Assembly: GCA_018992685.1 (NCBI GenBank)
Contig: JACVGT010000007.1
Span: 42,378 to 106,377, forward strand
Direction of reading: 5' to 3'
DNA: 64,000 nt
Origin: Theionarchaea archaeon
Lineage (GTDB): Archaea; Methanobacteriota_B; Thermococci; Methanofastidiosales; SZ-28-30
Part shown: one piece after another, positions 48,556 through 59,543 of the stretch
Numbering within the stretch: position 1 is the stretch's first letter
Layout: each line of letters opens with the position of its first letter
Position numbers and translations under genes: made by a program
Notes under the pieces: model-generated
Told to the model about the DNA's origin: nothing
The model's input: only the letters and a program-made list of their open reading frames with translations
Database searches by the model: none

Positions 48556-49557
48556 ATGAAAAAATCAGTGTTGGCTCTTGTTGCACTCTCCTTGGTACTG
48601 TTCCTCCCCAGTGTGGGTGCAGTGGAAACTGTCACCGGAGATCAGGTAGTCATCGATACTCCCATCAATGATGATCTTCTTGTTACTGGGGGTACCATCA
48701 GCATAAATGCACGCATTGATGGCGACGTCATTGCTGCAGGTGGGATCATTGACATCAATGCTCCCATTACTGGTGACTTAATTGCTGTTGGGGGACAGAT
48801 ACAAGTTAAGAGCGACATTGGAGGTAAAATAATCGCTGCAGGTGGCACGATTTCCGTCAGAGGTGCAGTGGAGACAGTGATAGCTGCAGGCGGAGCCATT
48901 GAGTTTACATCTTCAGCAGTTGTCGAGAACTATGTCATTGCAGCAGCCGGTTCTTTGAGTAATGCAGGTGAAATCGGCGACGATCTACTGGGATCGACTG
49001 AGACATTCGAGAACACGGGCATGGTGAAAGGGAAAGTAGAGGTGGAGAAACCTCCCACTCCTGAAGCGGAAATGAAGACCGTATTCAGTTTTTTGACCGT
49101 TTTGTCAAGAATTGGATACTTCCTTCTGGGGTTAGTGTTCATCAAATGGTTTGGTGCACTATTTGGTACCATCCAGAAGGAGGTCAAAGAATCCTGGCCG
49201 AAGAAGCTGGTTGTGGGATTCATTTCGATCCTGGTCACCTTCGTCCTGTTGCTCATACTCCTGGTCTCCGTGGTCGGTATTCCTGTTGCTACTATTTTGA
49301 CCATGTTCTTTGTCATGGCAATGATGGTAGCAGGAATCATTGTGTCATATGCCTTCGGTGAATGGCTGCTGAAGCTGATCAAGGTGGAACCTCACTGGAT
49401 CATTACCTTTGGTCTCGGCTTCATTCTGGTTAACCTGTTCTTTTTGATCCCAATAGCAGGCTTTTTCATCCGGATCATTGTGGTTAGCCTGGGATTTGGA
49501 GCCATAATCTATACAGTGAAAAACAACTGGGGAACAATATCGGCCCCCGCTCCATAA
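48556..49557 (+). CDS. Secreted beta-helix (polymer-forming/bactofilin-like repeats) fused to C-terminal TM bundle
   Basis: Signal peptide, repeats of GDxIAAGGxIxI, four to five C-terminal TM helices. Confidence 0.8.
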   Translation: MKKSVLALVALSLVLFLPSVGAVETVTGDQVVIDTPINDDLLVTGGTISINARIDGDVIAAGGIIDINAPITGDLIAVGGQIQVKSDIGGKIIAAGGTISVRGAVETVIAAGGAIEFTSSAVVENYVIAAAGSLSNAGEIGDDLLGSTETFENTGMVKGKVEVEKPPTPEAEMKTVFSFLTVLSRIGYFLLGLVFIKWFGALFGTIQKEVKESWPKKLVVGFISILVTFVLLLILLVSVVGIPVATILTMFFVMAMMVAGIIVSYAFGEWLLKLIKVEPHWIITFGLGFILVNLFFLIPIAGFFIRIIVVSLGFGAIIYTVKNNWGTISAPAP

Positions 49558-49686
49558 ATTCTCTTCTTTCTTCTTTTTTCTAATTTTTGAGCTGGAATCG
49601 ATGGTTCCAAGTGGAAGCCAGATGTGAATAGCTCGTGCGCAGAGGTTCGGAATTCCTGACACAACGTTTTTAACCGGTGTCTCCAG

Positions 49687-50538
49687 GTGTGGATCGTGAA
49701 AACCAGTGATCTGGGATTGTTGGTTGTTGCTTTCGTATGGGGACTAACCTTCGTCATGGTCAAAGAATCACTCCTGTTTATATCACCTTTCAAGTTTCTG
49801 TTTTACAGGTTCTTTCTGAGTTTTCTATTTCTTGCAGGGCTATCTGGGAAACGGCTGCTCCGCCTGAACGGCTCAGTCCTGGGGCATGGAGCAGTCATTG
49901 GAGTGTTTCTTTTTCTGGGGTATGGGTTACAGACAGTAGGACTGCAGTATACGACTCCTGCAAACACAGGATTCATCACGGGGCTCTCAGTGGTCATTGT
50001 ACCTTTTCTGGCGGTGGCGCTCTTGAAGAAACCGCCTGGAAAGGGTGCTTTTTGGGGGGTGGGATGTGCAGGTCTAGGACTTTTTCTATTGTCAGTGGAG
50101 GAAATGGAAGTGAACCAGGGAGATCTTCTGGTACTTCTGGGTGCCTTCGCTTTTGCCATGCACCTGATCCTGGTGGGAAAATATGTCCAGAATCATGACC
50201 CCGTCCTGCTGACAACGGTACAAATAGGCATGGTAGCTCTGCTCTCATTAACAGCAAGCTCAGGACAACAGTGGTCTGTAAACAGAACTGTAGTGGAGGC
50301 CCTTCTTGTTACTTCTGTTTTTGCGACTGTTATGGCTTTCTTAATACAGAACCTGGCACAGAGACACACGCCTCCCACCCGTACAGCAGTCATATTTGCC
50401 ACAGAACCTGTATTCGCCGCTCTGTGTTCATATGTATTGACTGGGGAGCTCTTCACCGTCCGAAAAGTGGTGGGATGCCTCCTGATCCTCACCGGCATGC
50501 TGATAGCAGAAATAAAGGGTGAGAGGATGAACACCTAG
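49687..50538 (+). CDS. EamA/DMT family transporter
   Basis: VWGLTF, GLQYTT, GFITGL, EPVFAA. Confidence 0.9.
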   Translation: MWIVKTSDLGLLVVAFVWGLTFVMVKESLLFISPFKFLFYRFFLSFLFLAGLSGKRLLRLNGSVLGHGAVIGVFLFLGYGLQTVGLQYTTPANTGFITGLSVVIVPFLAVALLKKPPGKGAFWGVGCAGLGLFLLSVEEMEVNQGDLLVLLGAFAFAMHLILVGKYVQNHDPVLLTTVQIGMVALLSLTASSGQQWSVNRTVVEALLVTSVFATVMAFLIQNLAQRHTPPTRTAVIFATEPVFAALCSYVLTGELFTVRKVVGCLLILTGMLIAEIKGERMNT

Positions 50539-51317
50539 ACCCTATCATACTGTGCATTAATGTTCTTACAGATCCGTTCTTCATTCCCCATGTGAGGAAG
50601 ATCTAACAAGGAGGGGTTCTGAATCAGGGTTTCCTTGCTGTATTTCTTCTTGAGGTCTTTCAGAGTATCCAGAAAGGTTTCCAGATAGGTTATGTGACGC
50701 ACGATTTCTTTCAAATCGCACAGTTCGCCATGCCCAGGAATGATGAACTTGATTTCTAGGGTAAGCAGAGATTGGAGAGCTGCTATCCACTGAGGTAGAT
50801 CAGCGTCCCCCATGTAGGGGTGGTATCCTGCGAAGAGCAGGTCACCGCTGAACAGCACCTGTTCTTCAGGTATGTATACAACTGCACTTCCCAGGGTGTG
50901 TCCTCCTTTATGGGCGACTATAGTGTCTGGTTCTGCATGGATCGTGATTCGTCCCCTGAACGTAAGAGTTGGTAGCCGGAACTGAACCTGCTGAAGTCGC
51001 TTCTCATTTTGAGGTTCTTTCTTCACATCTTCCATGTAGAGAGGAATCATCTCTTTGAGTTTTTCGTAGCAGAAGGCATGTCCAATAATATCTGAAAAGT
51101 ACATGTTGCCAAACGTGTGGTCGGGATGAAAGTGGGTATTAATGAGAAATTTTATGGCCTTATCAGTGGTTTCTTGAATGCGTGTGATATCCTCTCTGGT
51201 CTCATCAGGGAAGGCGGCCGTATCCACCACAAGGCAATATTCATCACCCAGTATCCATCCGTTATTAGAGTTCCCGTGTTCACCAATTCTACAGTATACC
51301 CGATCAGTGACTTTCAT
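50535..51317 (-). CDS. Metallo-beta-lactamase fold hydrolase
   Basis: THFHPDHTFGN, GHT, FSGDL, IPGHG; start ATG 51317. Confidence 0.9.
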   Translation of the reverse strand: MKVTDRVYCRIGEHGNSNNGWILGDEYCLVVDTAAFPDETREDITRIQETTDKAIKFLINTHFHPDHTFGNMYFSDIIGHAFCYEKLKEMIPLYMEDVKKEPQNEKRLQQVQFRLPTLTFRGRITIHAEPDTIVAHKGGHTLGSAVVYIPEEQVLFSGDLLFAGYHPYMGDADLPQWIAALQSLLTLEIKFIIPGHGELCDLKEIVRHITYLETFLDTLKDLKKKYSKETLIQNPSLLDLPHMGNEERICKNINAQYDRV

Positions 51318-51415
51318 GAAGATAGGTTCTCTGCAGGGGTTAAAAGGATGCTGGCATGGACAGGGAGAAGAATACTGCAAAAAATAAAAGAACCTAGGGC
51401 ACGCCAGTGGGTACC

Positions 51416-51943
51416 TCAGCTGGGCGGGAACCGGTACATTGCCATCCAGAGTTCACCGGGGGTCTTATCTATCAGGTATGAGCTTTCCACAACCTGGGCT
51501 TCGTAACTCTCTTTTTCTGTTCTTACGATGTCATAGTGTGTTTTTTCCATAGAGGCAAGATACTTCCACAGTTTCTGGTTTTCTTTATCCCTGGTGGACA
51601 GGTAGGTATAGACTCTATAGGCATTGTCTTCATTGTGCATGGCTGTCTCAAGAGCGTGGATCAAACTGTTGACGGTGGTGACCTTGGCAGAACTCTCCAA
51701 GGGTGGAAGCTCCTTAGGGACCGTGTATGATTTATCTCCAAATTTCGTCTTGAATACCTCGCGAACAGTTTTTTCGTGTTTCTCTTCCTCTCTAGCCAAG
51801 TTCTCCAGTCTGATGGCAGCGAGCCCAGGTGCGTTCTTGGCAAGATCCAGATAGAACGCTCTGGCTGCTTTTTCGGATTCAATGACATACCCCAGAATAT
51901 CTTTCAAGTCCAGTTTAGCAAGTAGGTCAAAAATTTCCATCAT
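51416..51943 (-). CDS. Rubrerythrin/ferritin-like diiron protein
   Basis: E..A..FY, EEEKH, E..AY..Y, EKTH. Confidence 0.85.
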   Translation of the reverse strand: MMEIFDLLAKLDLKDILGYVIESEKAARAFYLDLAKNAPGLAAIRLENLAREEEKHEKTVREVFKTKFGDKSYTVPKELPPLESSAKVTTVNSLIHALETAMHNEDNAYRVYTYLSTRDKENQKLWKYLASMEKTHYDIVRTEKESYEAQVVESSYLIDKTPGELWMAMYRFPPS

Positions 51944-52153
51944 AGTCCTATAAACGTCCCGTAATATTTAAAGATAACTGCTCCTGGATACGCTTGGTGT
52001 TTCATCATGACATCGGGAGTGTTTCTCGAAAAAACACCGCCAATTCTTCACATCCTCGGGCTGGACAGTACGTCTTTCATCTATCAATTCCTAGACCTTT
52101 ACCGAAACCATTTTAAAGACAATAAAGTAGGCCATTGCAGGAGGTGCTGCAAA

Positions 52154-52732
52154 GTGATCGAAATCAGATTTCACGGTCGAGGTGGCCAGGGAGCTGTGAT
52201 AGCTTCTGAAATTCTTGCCGACGCCGCGTTTCGTGATGGAAAATACGTACAAGCCTTTCCTATGTTCGGTGTGGAGCGCAGAGGCGCCCCAGTTACTGCT
52301 TTCACCCGGATTGATAATAAACCAATACGGATAAAGTTCTTCATCTACAACCCTGACTACGTGGTGGTTCTTGACCCCACGCTGGTAGGACAGGTGGACG
52401 TGGCTGCAGGATGTGGGATGTCCTCCTCCTACAAAGAACAAGAAGAGGGCAAAGCCATGATCCTCATTAATACATCCATGGATCCCAAAGATGTGGGGTT
52501 GAAAGGAATGTTTTCCGTAGCTACCGTGGATGCTACATCAATCGCTGTTAAATACAAATTGGGATCAAGGCAGGCTCCCATTGTCAATACGGCAATACTG
52601 GGAGCATTTGCCAAGGCCACCGGAGAGATTAGCCTGGATTTATTGCTAAAAGCTATTGGAGAGGGTGTTCCAGCAAAACAAGAAGAGAATGCCCAAGCAG
52701 CCAAAGAAGCGTATGAGATGGTGGTACTATGA
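52154..52732 (+). CDS. 2-oxoacid:ferredoxin oxidoreductase gamma subunit (first block)
   Basis: [17 protein letters not shown]; GTG start 52154 after GGAGGTG. Confidence 0.92.
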
Positions 52733-53010
52733 GTGAAGCCAAATTTAGAGGGGCACATGATCTACCCCCATGTTCCATTTCTGTCACGCATGAATTGACA
52801 AAGACAGGAAACTGGAGAAATTCAAAGCCTGTGTTCCACAAGGAGAAATGTATCCAGTGCGGTATCTGCTGGAAAGTGTGTCCAAATGCCTGCATTAAGT
52901 TGGGTGAATATCCTGAATGGGACATGGACTACTGCAAGGGCTGTGCTGTTTGTGCAGAGGAATGCCCGAAGGACGCCATTGAGATGGAAGATGAACGGGT
53001 GATGGTATGA
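52729..53010 (+). CDS. vorD: Delta subunit (2x[4Fe-4S]), VOR-type block
   Basis: [29 protein letters not shown]. Confidence 0.85.
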   Translation: MSEAKFRGAHDLPPCSISVTHELTKTGNWRNSKPVFHKEKCIQCGICWKVCPNACIKLGEYPEWDMDYCKGCAVCAEECPKDAIEMEDERVMV

Positions 53011-54161
53011 GTACCGTCAAGGTCATAACTGGAAATCATGCAGCCTCTTTCGGGGCCAGAGATTCCCGGGCAGAGGTCATTGCTGCCTATCCCATAACTC
53101 CACAGACACAGATCGTGGAACTCCTCAGTGAATTCTGTGCTGATGGGACCTTGAAGGCCAAGTTCATCAAGGTGGAGTCAGAACATTCTGCTATGGCAGC
53201 CTGTATTGGAGCCTCAGCTGCAGGGGTCAGGGCATATACTGCAACATCTGCCCACGGCCTTGCGCTCATGCATGAGATGCTGCACTGGGCAGCCAATGGA
53301 AGACATCCTGTCGTAATGGCCAATGTCAACCGTGCCATGGGCCCCCCCTGGAGTATCTGGACTGACCAGAATGATTCACTCGCTCAGAGAGACACGGGAT
53401 GGCTGCAATTCTACTGCGAGAGCAACCAGGAAGTGTATGATACCACCATGATTGCTTTCAAGGCATGCGAGCAGGTCCTCCTTCCTGGCATGCTGGTATT
53501 AGATGCCTTTATTCTGTCCCACACGTATGAACCGGTGGAAATGCCGGATCAGGAGCTCATTGATGAGTTTCTTCCTCCCTTTGATCCACCATACAAGATG
53601 GACCTGGATGATGCACGGGCCTTTGGTGCTCTGACAACGCCAGAGTGGTACATGGAATTGCGATACCTGATTCAGGAGGCCCACGAGAAGGCACTCGTTA
53701 CGGTACGGGAAGTGGAAAAAGAGTTCGGAGAGACTTTTGGGCGTTACTACGGCACACTGGAACTCTACCGGTGTGATGATGCTGAAGAGGTCATCCTCAT
53801 AGCGGGATCAACTGCTTCGACAGCCAAGGACGCTGTAGACATCATGCGGAAAGGAGGCAGGAAGATTGGACTGGCCCGTATCAAATTGTTCAGACCATTT
53901 CCCAACGAGGAGATCAGGGATATTGCATCTCGCGTGAATAAGATGATTGTGATTGACCGGAACGTCTCGTTTGGAAATCAGGGTATCTTCTTCAATGAGA
54001 TTAAAGCCAGTCTCTACAGTGCCAAGAACAGACCGCCTGTGTACGGATTCGTAGCCGGCCTAGGAGGCAGAGACATGAAGATAGATGATATTACGGGAAT
54101 TGTGGAACAGGCTGATACCTGTGACATTGAAGAAATTCTCTGGTGGGGGGTGAAATTATGA
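53007..54161 (+). CDS. vorA: Alpha subunit, VOR-type block
   Basis: YPITPQT, ESEHSA, LALMHEMLHWA, PWSIWTDQ, GLGGRD. Confidence 0.85.
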   Translation: MSTVKVITGNHAASFGARDSRAEVIAAYPITPQTQIVELLSEFCADGTLKAKFIKVESEHSAMAACIGASAAGVRAYTATSAHGLALMHEMLHWAANGRHPVVMANVNRAMGPPWSIWTDQNDSLAQRDTGWLQFYCESNQEVYDTTMIAFKACEQVLLPGMLVLDAFILSHTYEPVEMPDQELIDEFLPPFDPPYKMDLDDARAFGALTTPEWYMELRYLIQEAHEKALVTVREVEKEFGETFGRYYGTLELYRCDDAEEVILIAGSTASTAKDAVDIMRKGGRKIGLARIKLFRPFPNEEIRDIASRVNKMIVIDRNVSFGNQGIFFNEIKASLYSAKNRPPVYGFVAGLGGRDMKIDDITGIVEQADTCDIEEILWWGVKL

Positions 54162-55060
54162 GTGAAAAGAAGAAGATGCGGGCAACAATCCCAGAAGAGG
54201 AATACATGTTCCCCGGTACTGTGGACTGCCAGGGATGTGGAGCTGCATATGCCATGCGGCTGGCTCTCAAAGCACTGGGACCCAAGACCATGGTGGTCAT
54301 TCCCGCCTGTTGCTGGTCGATTATTGCGGGACCGTTCCCCACATCAGCTCTGAAGATGCCAATTTATCATACGGCATTCGAGACAGCTGCAGCTGTAGCA
54401 TCAGGTGTCAAGGCAGGTCTCAGCATCAGAGAAAAGGAAGCCACCGTCCTGGCCTGGGCGGGAGATGGAGGGACTTTTGATATTGGAGTGCAGTCTCTCT
54501 CTGCTGCCGCAGAACGTAATGAAGATTTTATCTACGTGTGCTATGACAATGAAGCGTACATGAATACGGGCATTCAACGGTCATCTGCAACCCCGTGGGG
54601 GGCATGGACTACCACAACGCCCAGGAAGCATCCCAAGGACAGACCCAAGAAGAACATGATGGAAATCATGGCTGCACACAGAATCCCATACGCGGCAAGT
54701 GCAACCGTGGGTCACCCAGAAGATTTTGTGAGAAAGCTTAAAAAGGCCAGGGAGATTAGGGGGACACGGTTTTTCCACGTACTGGCTACCTGTCCGACAG
54801 GATGGAGAAGTCCACCTGAACTGATGCTGGAGGTACCCCGGCTGGCAGTGGAGACCTGTGTATTCCCACTGTATGAGATTGACAACGGTGTCTACTCAAT
54901 CAGTAAGAAGCCAAAAGAGAAATTGCCTGTCACGGAATACCTCAAAGTGCAGGGACGATTCCGGCACCTGACAGATCAGCAAATCCAGTACATACAGGAA
55001 CATGTGGATGAAACCTGGGAATTGCTCCTGAAGAAGGAGAAACTAGGAAGACTGTTCTAG
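54158..55060 (+). CDS. vorB: Beta subunit, VOR-type block
   Basis: CQGCG, IPACCWSIIAGP, HTAFET, GDGGT, CPTGW. Confidence 0.85.
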   Translation: MSEKKKMRATIPEEEYMFPGTVDCQGCGAAYAMRLALKALGPKTMVVIPACCWSIIAGPFPTSALKMPIYHTAFETAAAVASGVKAGLSIREKEATVLAWAGDGGTFDIGVQSLSAAAERNEDFIYVCYDNEAYMNTGIQRSSATPWGAWTTTTPRKHPKDRPKKNMMEIMAAHRIPYAASATVGHPEDFVRKLKKAREIRGTRFFHVLATCPTGWRSPPELMLEVPRLAVETCVFPLYEIDNGVYSISKKPKEKLPVTEYLKVQGRFRHLTDQQIQYIQEHVDETWELLLKKEKLGRLF

Positions 55061-55068
55061 GTGATACA

Positions 55069-55629
55069 ATGTTTGTAGAAGTAAGATGGCATGGACGAGG
55101 GGGTCAGGGCGTGGTAACTGCATCGGAATTACTGGCAGGGGCCGCTCTGGCAGAAGGTAAATACCTGCAGGCCTTTCCTGAATTCGGGCCTGAACGAATG
55201 GGAGCTCCTATCAGGGCCTTTACCCGGATATCTGATGGTCCCATTGAAATTCACTCTCATGTGTACACTCCTGATATCGTGGTGGTTCTGGACCCCACGC
55301 TACTGGAAAATCCCGCCATAACAGAAGGTCTCTCCGATGAAGGGAAATTAATCGCAAATTTCTCTGGTACCCCTGATGAGGTAAGGAAAATCACCAAATT
55401 CATGGGCAGAATTTACACAGTGGATGCCACACGGATTGCCATGGAGACCATTGGCAGGCCCATTGCCAATACGTGCTGTGTTGGTGCACTGGTGAAAGTG
55501 ACCAGTCTCGTGGGCCTTGAACAGGTTGAGAATCAAATCCGGCAGATGCTGGAATTCAAAATAGGAAAGAAAGGAGCTGACGCCAATGTTGAGGCTTTGC
55601 GACGCGCATATGACGAGGTGAGATCATGA
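55069..55629 (+). CDS. porG: Pyruvate:ferredoxin oxidoreductase gamma subunit
   Basis: HGRGGQG, FPEFGPERMGAP. Confidence 0.85.
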   Translation: MFVEVRWHGRGGQGVVTASELLAGAALAEGKYLQAFPEFGPERMGAPIRAFTRISDGPIEIHSHVYTPDIVVVLDPTLLENPAITEGLSDEGKLIANFSGTPDEVRKITKFMGRIYTVDATRIAMETIGRPIANTCCVGALVKVTSLVGLEQVENQIRQMLEFKIGKKGADANVEALRRAYDEVRS

Positions 55630-55910
55630 AAGAGAAAGGATGGAAAGAATGCCTGTGGGGGGGACTGATTGTAGACGCAGGGAACTCTGTCCTGTACAAG
55701 ACAGGAGACTGGAGATCTCAGAGACCAATCAGAGACGAGCAGAAGTGTACTGACTGCCTGCAGTGCTGGATCATGTGCCCGGACGCAGCCATCAAGGTAA
55801 AAGATGGAAAGATAGTCGGAATTGACTATGACTACTGCAAGGGCTGCGGGATCTGCTGCAAGGTATGTCCCTTTGATGCTATTGAAATGAAGGAGGAGGG
55901 AGAAAAATGA
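55626..55910 (+). CDS. porD: Pyruvate:ferredoxin oxidoreductase delta subunit
   Basis: TGDWR, CTDCLQCWIMCP, CKGCGICCKVCP. Confidence 0.85.
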   Translation: MKEKGWKECLWGGLIVDAGNSVLYKTGDWRSQRPIRDEQKCTDCLQCWIMCPDAAIKVKDGKIVGIDYDYCKGCGICCKVCPFDAIEMKEEGEK

Positions 55911-57073
55911 TTCACGCATTCTCTGGCAACGCAGCAGTGGCCTATGCCATGAAACAGATCAACCCTGATGTCGTGGCAGTCTACCCCATAACTCCCCAGA
56001 CTGTGGCCATGGAACGGTTTGCTGACTTTGTGGCTGATGGAGACGTAGATACAGAACTCATTATGGCAGATTCTGAACACTCTGCCATGTCGTGCTGCAT
56101 TGGGGCTTCTCTGGCAGGTGGGCGAGTCATGACCTCCACAGCGTCAGCAGGACTGGCCTTAATGTGGGAAGTCCTGTTTGTGGCGGCCTCCAACAGGTGT
56201 CCCATCATCATGAATGTAATGAACAGGGCACTTTCTGCCCCCATTAATATTCACTGTGATCATTCGGATGCCATGGGAGCAAGGGACTCCTCATGGATTC
56301 AGATTCACGCGGAGAATGTGCAGGAAGCGTATGATAATATCATACAGGCAGTCAGAATCGCAGAACATGAAAATGTCAGGCTGCCCGTCATGACCAACAT
56401 GGATGGGTTCACCTTGTCTCATGCTACAGAGCGTATGGAAACGCTGGAAGATCAACAGGTCCAGAAATTCATTAGCGAGTTCAAAGCAATTTACCCTCTT
56501 CTGGATGTGGACAACCCAGTAACGTATGGACCTCTGGATCTGTACGATTACTACTTCGAACACAAGAGGCAACAGGTAGAAGCTATGGAATTGGCCTACG
56601 ACGTGATCAAGAAAGTAGGGCAGGAATATGGAAAAATGACCGGACGGTCCTTTGACATGTTGCACCCCTTTGAGATGGAGGATGCAGAAGTAGCTGTAGT
56701 GGTCCTGGGATCCACGTCAGGAACTGCCCGAGTTGCTGTGAGAGCTATGCGCCAGAAGGGTATAAAGGTGGGATTGGTGAAGCTGCGCGTATTCAGACCG
56801 TTTCCCAAGGATGAATTGAGAGAGATGCTCAAGGGAATGAAGGCAGTGGCAGTGATGGATCGGTCCGACAGCTTTGGCGCTTTTGGAGGTCCTGTCTTCA
56901 GTGAAGTGAGGAGTGCATTGCTGGGTGAAGACGTCGAAGTAGTCAACTACATTTACGGACTGGGTGGACGAGACATCAGACAGGATCAGATCGAGCAGGT
57001 CATCACTGACATGAGCACTGTGGCCAAGACAGGCAAAGTGAAATCGTTTGTTACCTATCTCGGGGTGAGATAA
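55907..57073 (+). CDS. porA: Pyruvate:ferredoxin oxidoreductase alpha subunit
   Basis: YPITPQT, SEHSAMS, NRALSAPINIHCDHSD, YGLGGRD. Confidence 0.88.
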   Translation: MIHAFSGNAAVAYAMKQINPDVVAVYPITPQTVAMERFADFVADGDVDTELIMADSEHSAMSCCIGASLAGGRVMTSTASAGLALMWEVLFVAASNRCPIIMNVMNRALSAPINIHCDHSDAMGARDSSWIQIHAENVQEAYDNIIQAVRIAEHENVRLPVMTNMDGFTLSHATERMETLEDQQVQKFISEFKAIYPLLDVDNPVTYGPLDLYDYYFEHKRQQVEAMELAYDVIKKVGQEYGKMTGRSFDMLHPFEMEDAEVAVVVLGSTSGTARVAVRAMRQKGIKVGLVKLRVFRPFPKDELREMLKGMKAVAVMDRSDSFGAFGGPVFSEVRSALLGEDVEVVNYIYGLGGRDIRQDQIEQVITDMSTVAKTGKVKSFVTYLGVR

Positions 57074-58015
57074 ATGGTTAGTCTGAAGAAATTATCGGAA
57101 AAGGAAGAGTTGCTGGCACCTGGGCACCGGTTGTGCGCAGGATGTGGTGCTTCAATCATTGTCAGGCAGGTGCTCCTGGCTGCTGAAACCCCCGTGGTTA
57201 TTGCCAATGCCACAGGATGCCTGGAAGTTGCCACCACCATCTACCCTTACACTGCATGGAGAGTCCCCTGGGTCCATTCTGCATTCGAGAATGCAGCAGC
57301 CACCATAGCGGGTGTCGAAACCATGTACCAGCTGAAGAAACGGAAGGGCGAGATTACCAGGGATATCAAGTTTCTGGCCTTCGGAGGGGATGGTGGTACC
57401 TACGATATCGGGATACAGGCATTATCTGGAGCACTGGAGCGAGGTCATGATATTCTGTATATCTGCTACAATAATGGGGCCTACATGAACACGGGTATCC
57501 AGAGGTCATCGGCTACACCAAAAGGAGCTTCCACAACCACCAGCCCGGCAGGGAGGGTAATCCCCGGAAAGAAGCGGTTCCCCAAGGATCTGACTGCAAT
57601 TGTGGCGGCCCACAACATCCCGTACTGCGGACAGACGTCACCGTCATTTTACAATGACCTCACTGGCAAGGTACAGAAGGCCCTGAGCACTGAGGGTCCC
57701 ACCTTCCTCAACATCATCTCTCCATGTCCTCGAGGATGGAGGCACGAGACAGACGAATCCATTGCCATGGCAGAGGAGGCTGTTACCAGCTGTTTCTGGC
57801 CCTTGTATGAGGTGGAGAATGGAGCGTGGAGACTTACCGGATACTCAAAGCAGATTGCAGAGGGGAAGAAGGAGAAAACCTCTGTTATCGACTGGATGAA
57901 AAAGCAGGGACGGTTCAGACACCTGTTCACCGAAACGAGGAAATCATTCCTGGAATCCATACAGGAAGAAGTGGACAGAGAATGGGAGAATCTCAAGAAA
58001 CGGTGCGGGTACTAG
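57074..58015 (+). CDS. porB: Pyruvate:ferredoxin oxidoreductase beta subunit
   Basis: GHRLCAGCG, ATGCLEV, GDGGT, YMNTG, PCPRGW. Confidence 0.88.
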   Translation: MVSLKKLSEKEELLAPGHRLCAGCGASIIVRQVLLAAETPVVIANATGCLEVATTIYPYTAWRVPWVHSAFENAAATIAGVETMYQLKKRKGEITRDIKFLAFGGDGGTYDIGIQALSGALERGHDILYICYNNGAYMNTGIQRSSATPKGASTTTSPAGRVIPGKKRFPKDLTAIVAAHNIPYCGQTSPSFYNDLTGKVQKALSTEGPTFLNIISPCPRGWRHETDESIAMAEEAVTSCFWPLYEVENGAWRLTGYSKQIAEGKKEKTSVIDWMKKQGRFRHLFTETRKSFLESIQEEVDREWENLKKRCGY

Positions 58016-58120
58016 CCCTTTTTCATGTGACATAGATTGTGGGAAGTGCAGAATACTTTTCCTGTGCTCTCGCACAATCTATAAGAAGCACAGAGTTGAG
58101 AGTGGGATATCTCCACCGGA

Positions 58121-58142
58121 AGCCAGCTCATATGAGCTGGCT
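58121..58142. repeat. Perfect 22-bp palindrome
   Basis: AGCCAGCTCAT-ATGAGCTGGCT, downstream of porB. Confidence 0.85.
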
Positions 58143-58517
58143 AAACACGCTCTTTGTCTTTCCTCCCTTTTTTTATGTGGTTGAATGAACATTCAAAGAG
58201 AATCAAATCAGTCTAGAACAATTAAAATCAGCTCTTGTTGATCTTTTCAATGTTAAAGCTTCTTTTATTCCATGAAATACCTCTAATTAAGATGAAACAC
58301 TGTAGATATCTTTTTTTTTCGTGGTTATAAAATTCTGTCATGAAATTCTTTATATATCAAGTCGGGTAGGATGACATACTCATCTTTCATCTTCCCTTCT
58401 TCTTTTTTTTAGAATGTTCAAATTCACGAGTGGTCTGACTTTTGTATCTAGAATTGCAGCATCAATCAGAATCAGAACTCAACTCAGCATAACCTATTTC
58501 TGGCGTGAATACAAATC

Positions 58518-59543
58518 ATGATGATGACCACCTGCACTCTCTGTGGAAAAGACTCAGTACTGTCTGGCGTGCTCCCTGTGTGTCTGACCTGCATCAGGAC
58601 ACATCCTGGAAAGGCTCTCCCCCTGGCGGAGGCAGTCCACAGAAAAGTCAAGAAGAACTATGGCATGCCGGAAAAACCCCCAGACCAAGGGGCACCATGC
58701 GGATTCTGCGTCAATGGCTGCCGAATTGGAGAAGGACACTCTGGATACTGCGGAATGCGATGGAACAGCCATGGCTCAATAGTCCCTCGATCTGGATCAG
58801 AAGATACCGCTTTTGTGGAATGTTACTACGATCCCCTTCCAACCAATTGTGTATCAATGCACTATTGCGGAGAAAGACACGCCATATCAGGCAAGAATCT
58901 GGCTGTATTCTATGGAGGCTGCACCTATAACTGCCTGTTCTGCCAGAACTGGCACCACAGGATGGTCTCTCATACCATGAGTGTGCAAGAACTGTCTTCT
59001 CGAGTCGATGATGAGACAGCATGTATTTGTTTCTTTGGTGGTGACCCCACTCCTCAGATCCTGCACGCACTCAATGTGGCCAGGAACGTTGACGTGCGTG
59101 TCTGCTGGGAAACAAATGGTGCCTTCTCACGGAGTCTCGCCAGGAGAGTGGGCAAGACAGCCTTTTCTTCTGGAGGCACCGTAAAATTTGACGTGAAAGC
59201 CTATTCAGACTCCCTCCACCACGTCCTGTGTGGGACCTCAAACAGACATACACTGTCCAACTTCAAGTATATTCATGAACGATTTCCCAGGAAAGAGCCT
59301 CCCATCCTGGTGGCATCCACCTTACTGGTACCCGGCTACATTGATGAGAAAGAAGTAGCTGACATTGCTCAGTTCATTGCAGCGCTTGACCCTGATATAC
59401 CCTATTCTCTCCTGGCATTCCACCCTGATTTCAGATTCTCAGACCTTCCGTGCACATCCCGGGAACTGGCACTAGCATGCCTGGAAGCAGCGCGTGAACA
59501 CCTTTGCAGAGTGAATTTAGGCAACGCCTGGCTACTTACGTGA
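58518..59543 (+). CDS. PFL-activase-like radical SAM protein (AmmeMemoRadiSam-related)
   Basis: N-terminal Cys clusters, YYDPLPTNC, CTYNCLFCQNW, FGGDP, ETNG, AFHP. Confidence 0.85.
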   Translation: MMMTTCTLCGKDSVLSGVLPVCLTCIRTHPGKALPLAEAVHRKVKKNYGMPEKPPDQGAPCGFCVNGCRIGEGHSGYCGMRWNSHGSIVPRSGSEDTAFVECYYDPLPTNCVSMHYCGERHAISGKNLAVFYGGCTYNCLFCQNWHHRMVSHTMSVQELSSRVDDETACICFFGGDPTPQILHALNVARNVDVRVCWETNGAFSRSLARRVGKTAFSSGGTVKFDVKAYSDSLHHVLCGTSNRHTLSNFKYIHERFPRKEPPILVASTLLVPGYIDEKEVADIAQFIAALDPDIPYSLLAFHPDFRFSDLPCTSRELALACLEAAREHLCRVNLGNAWLLT

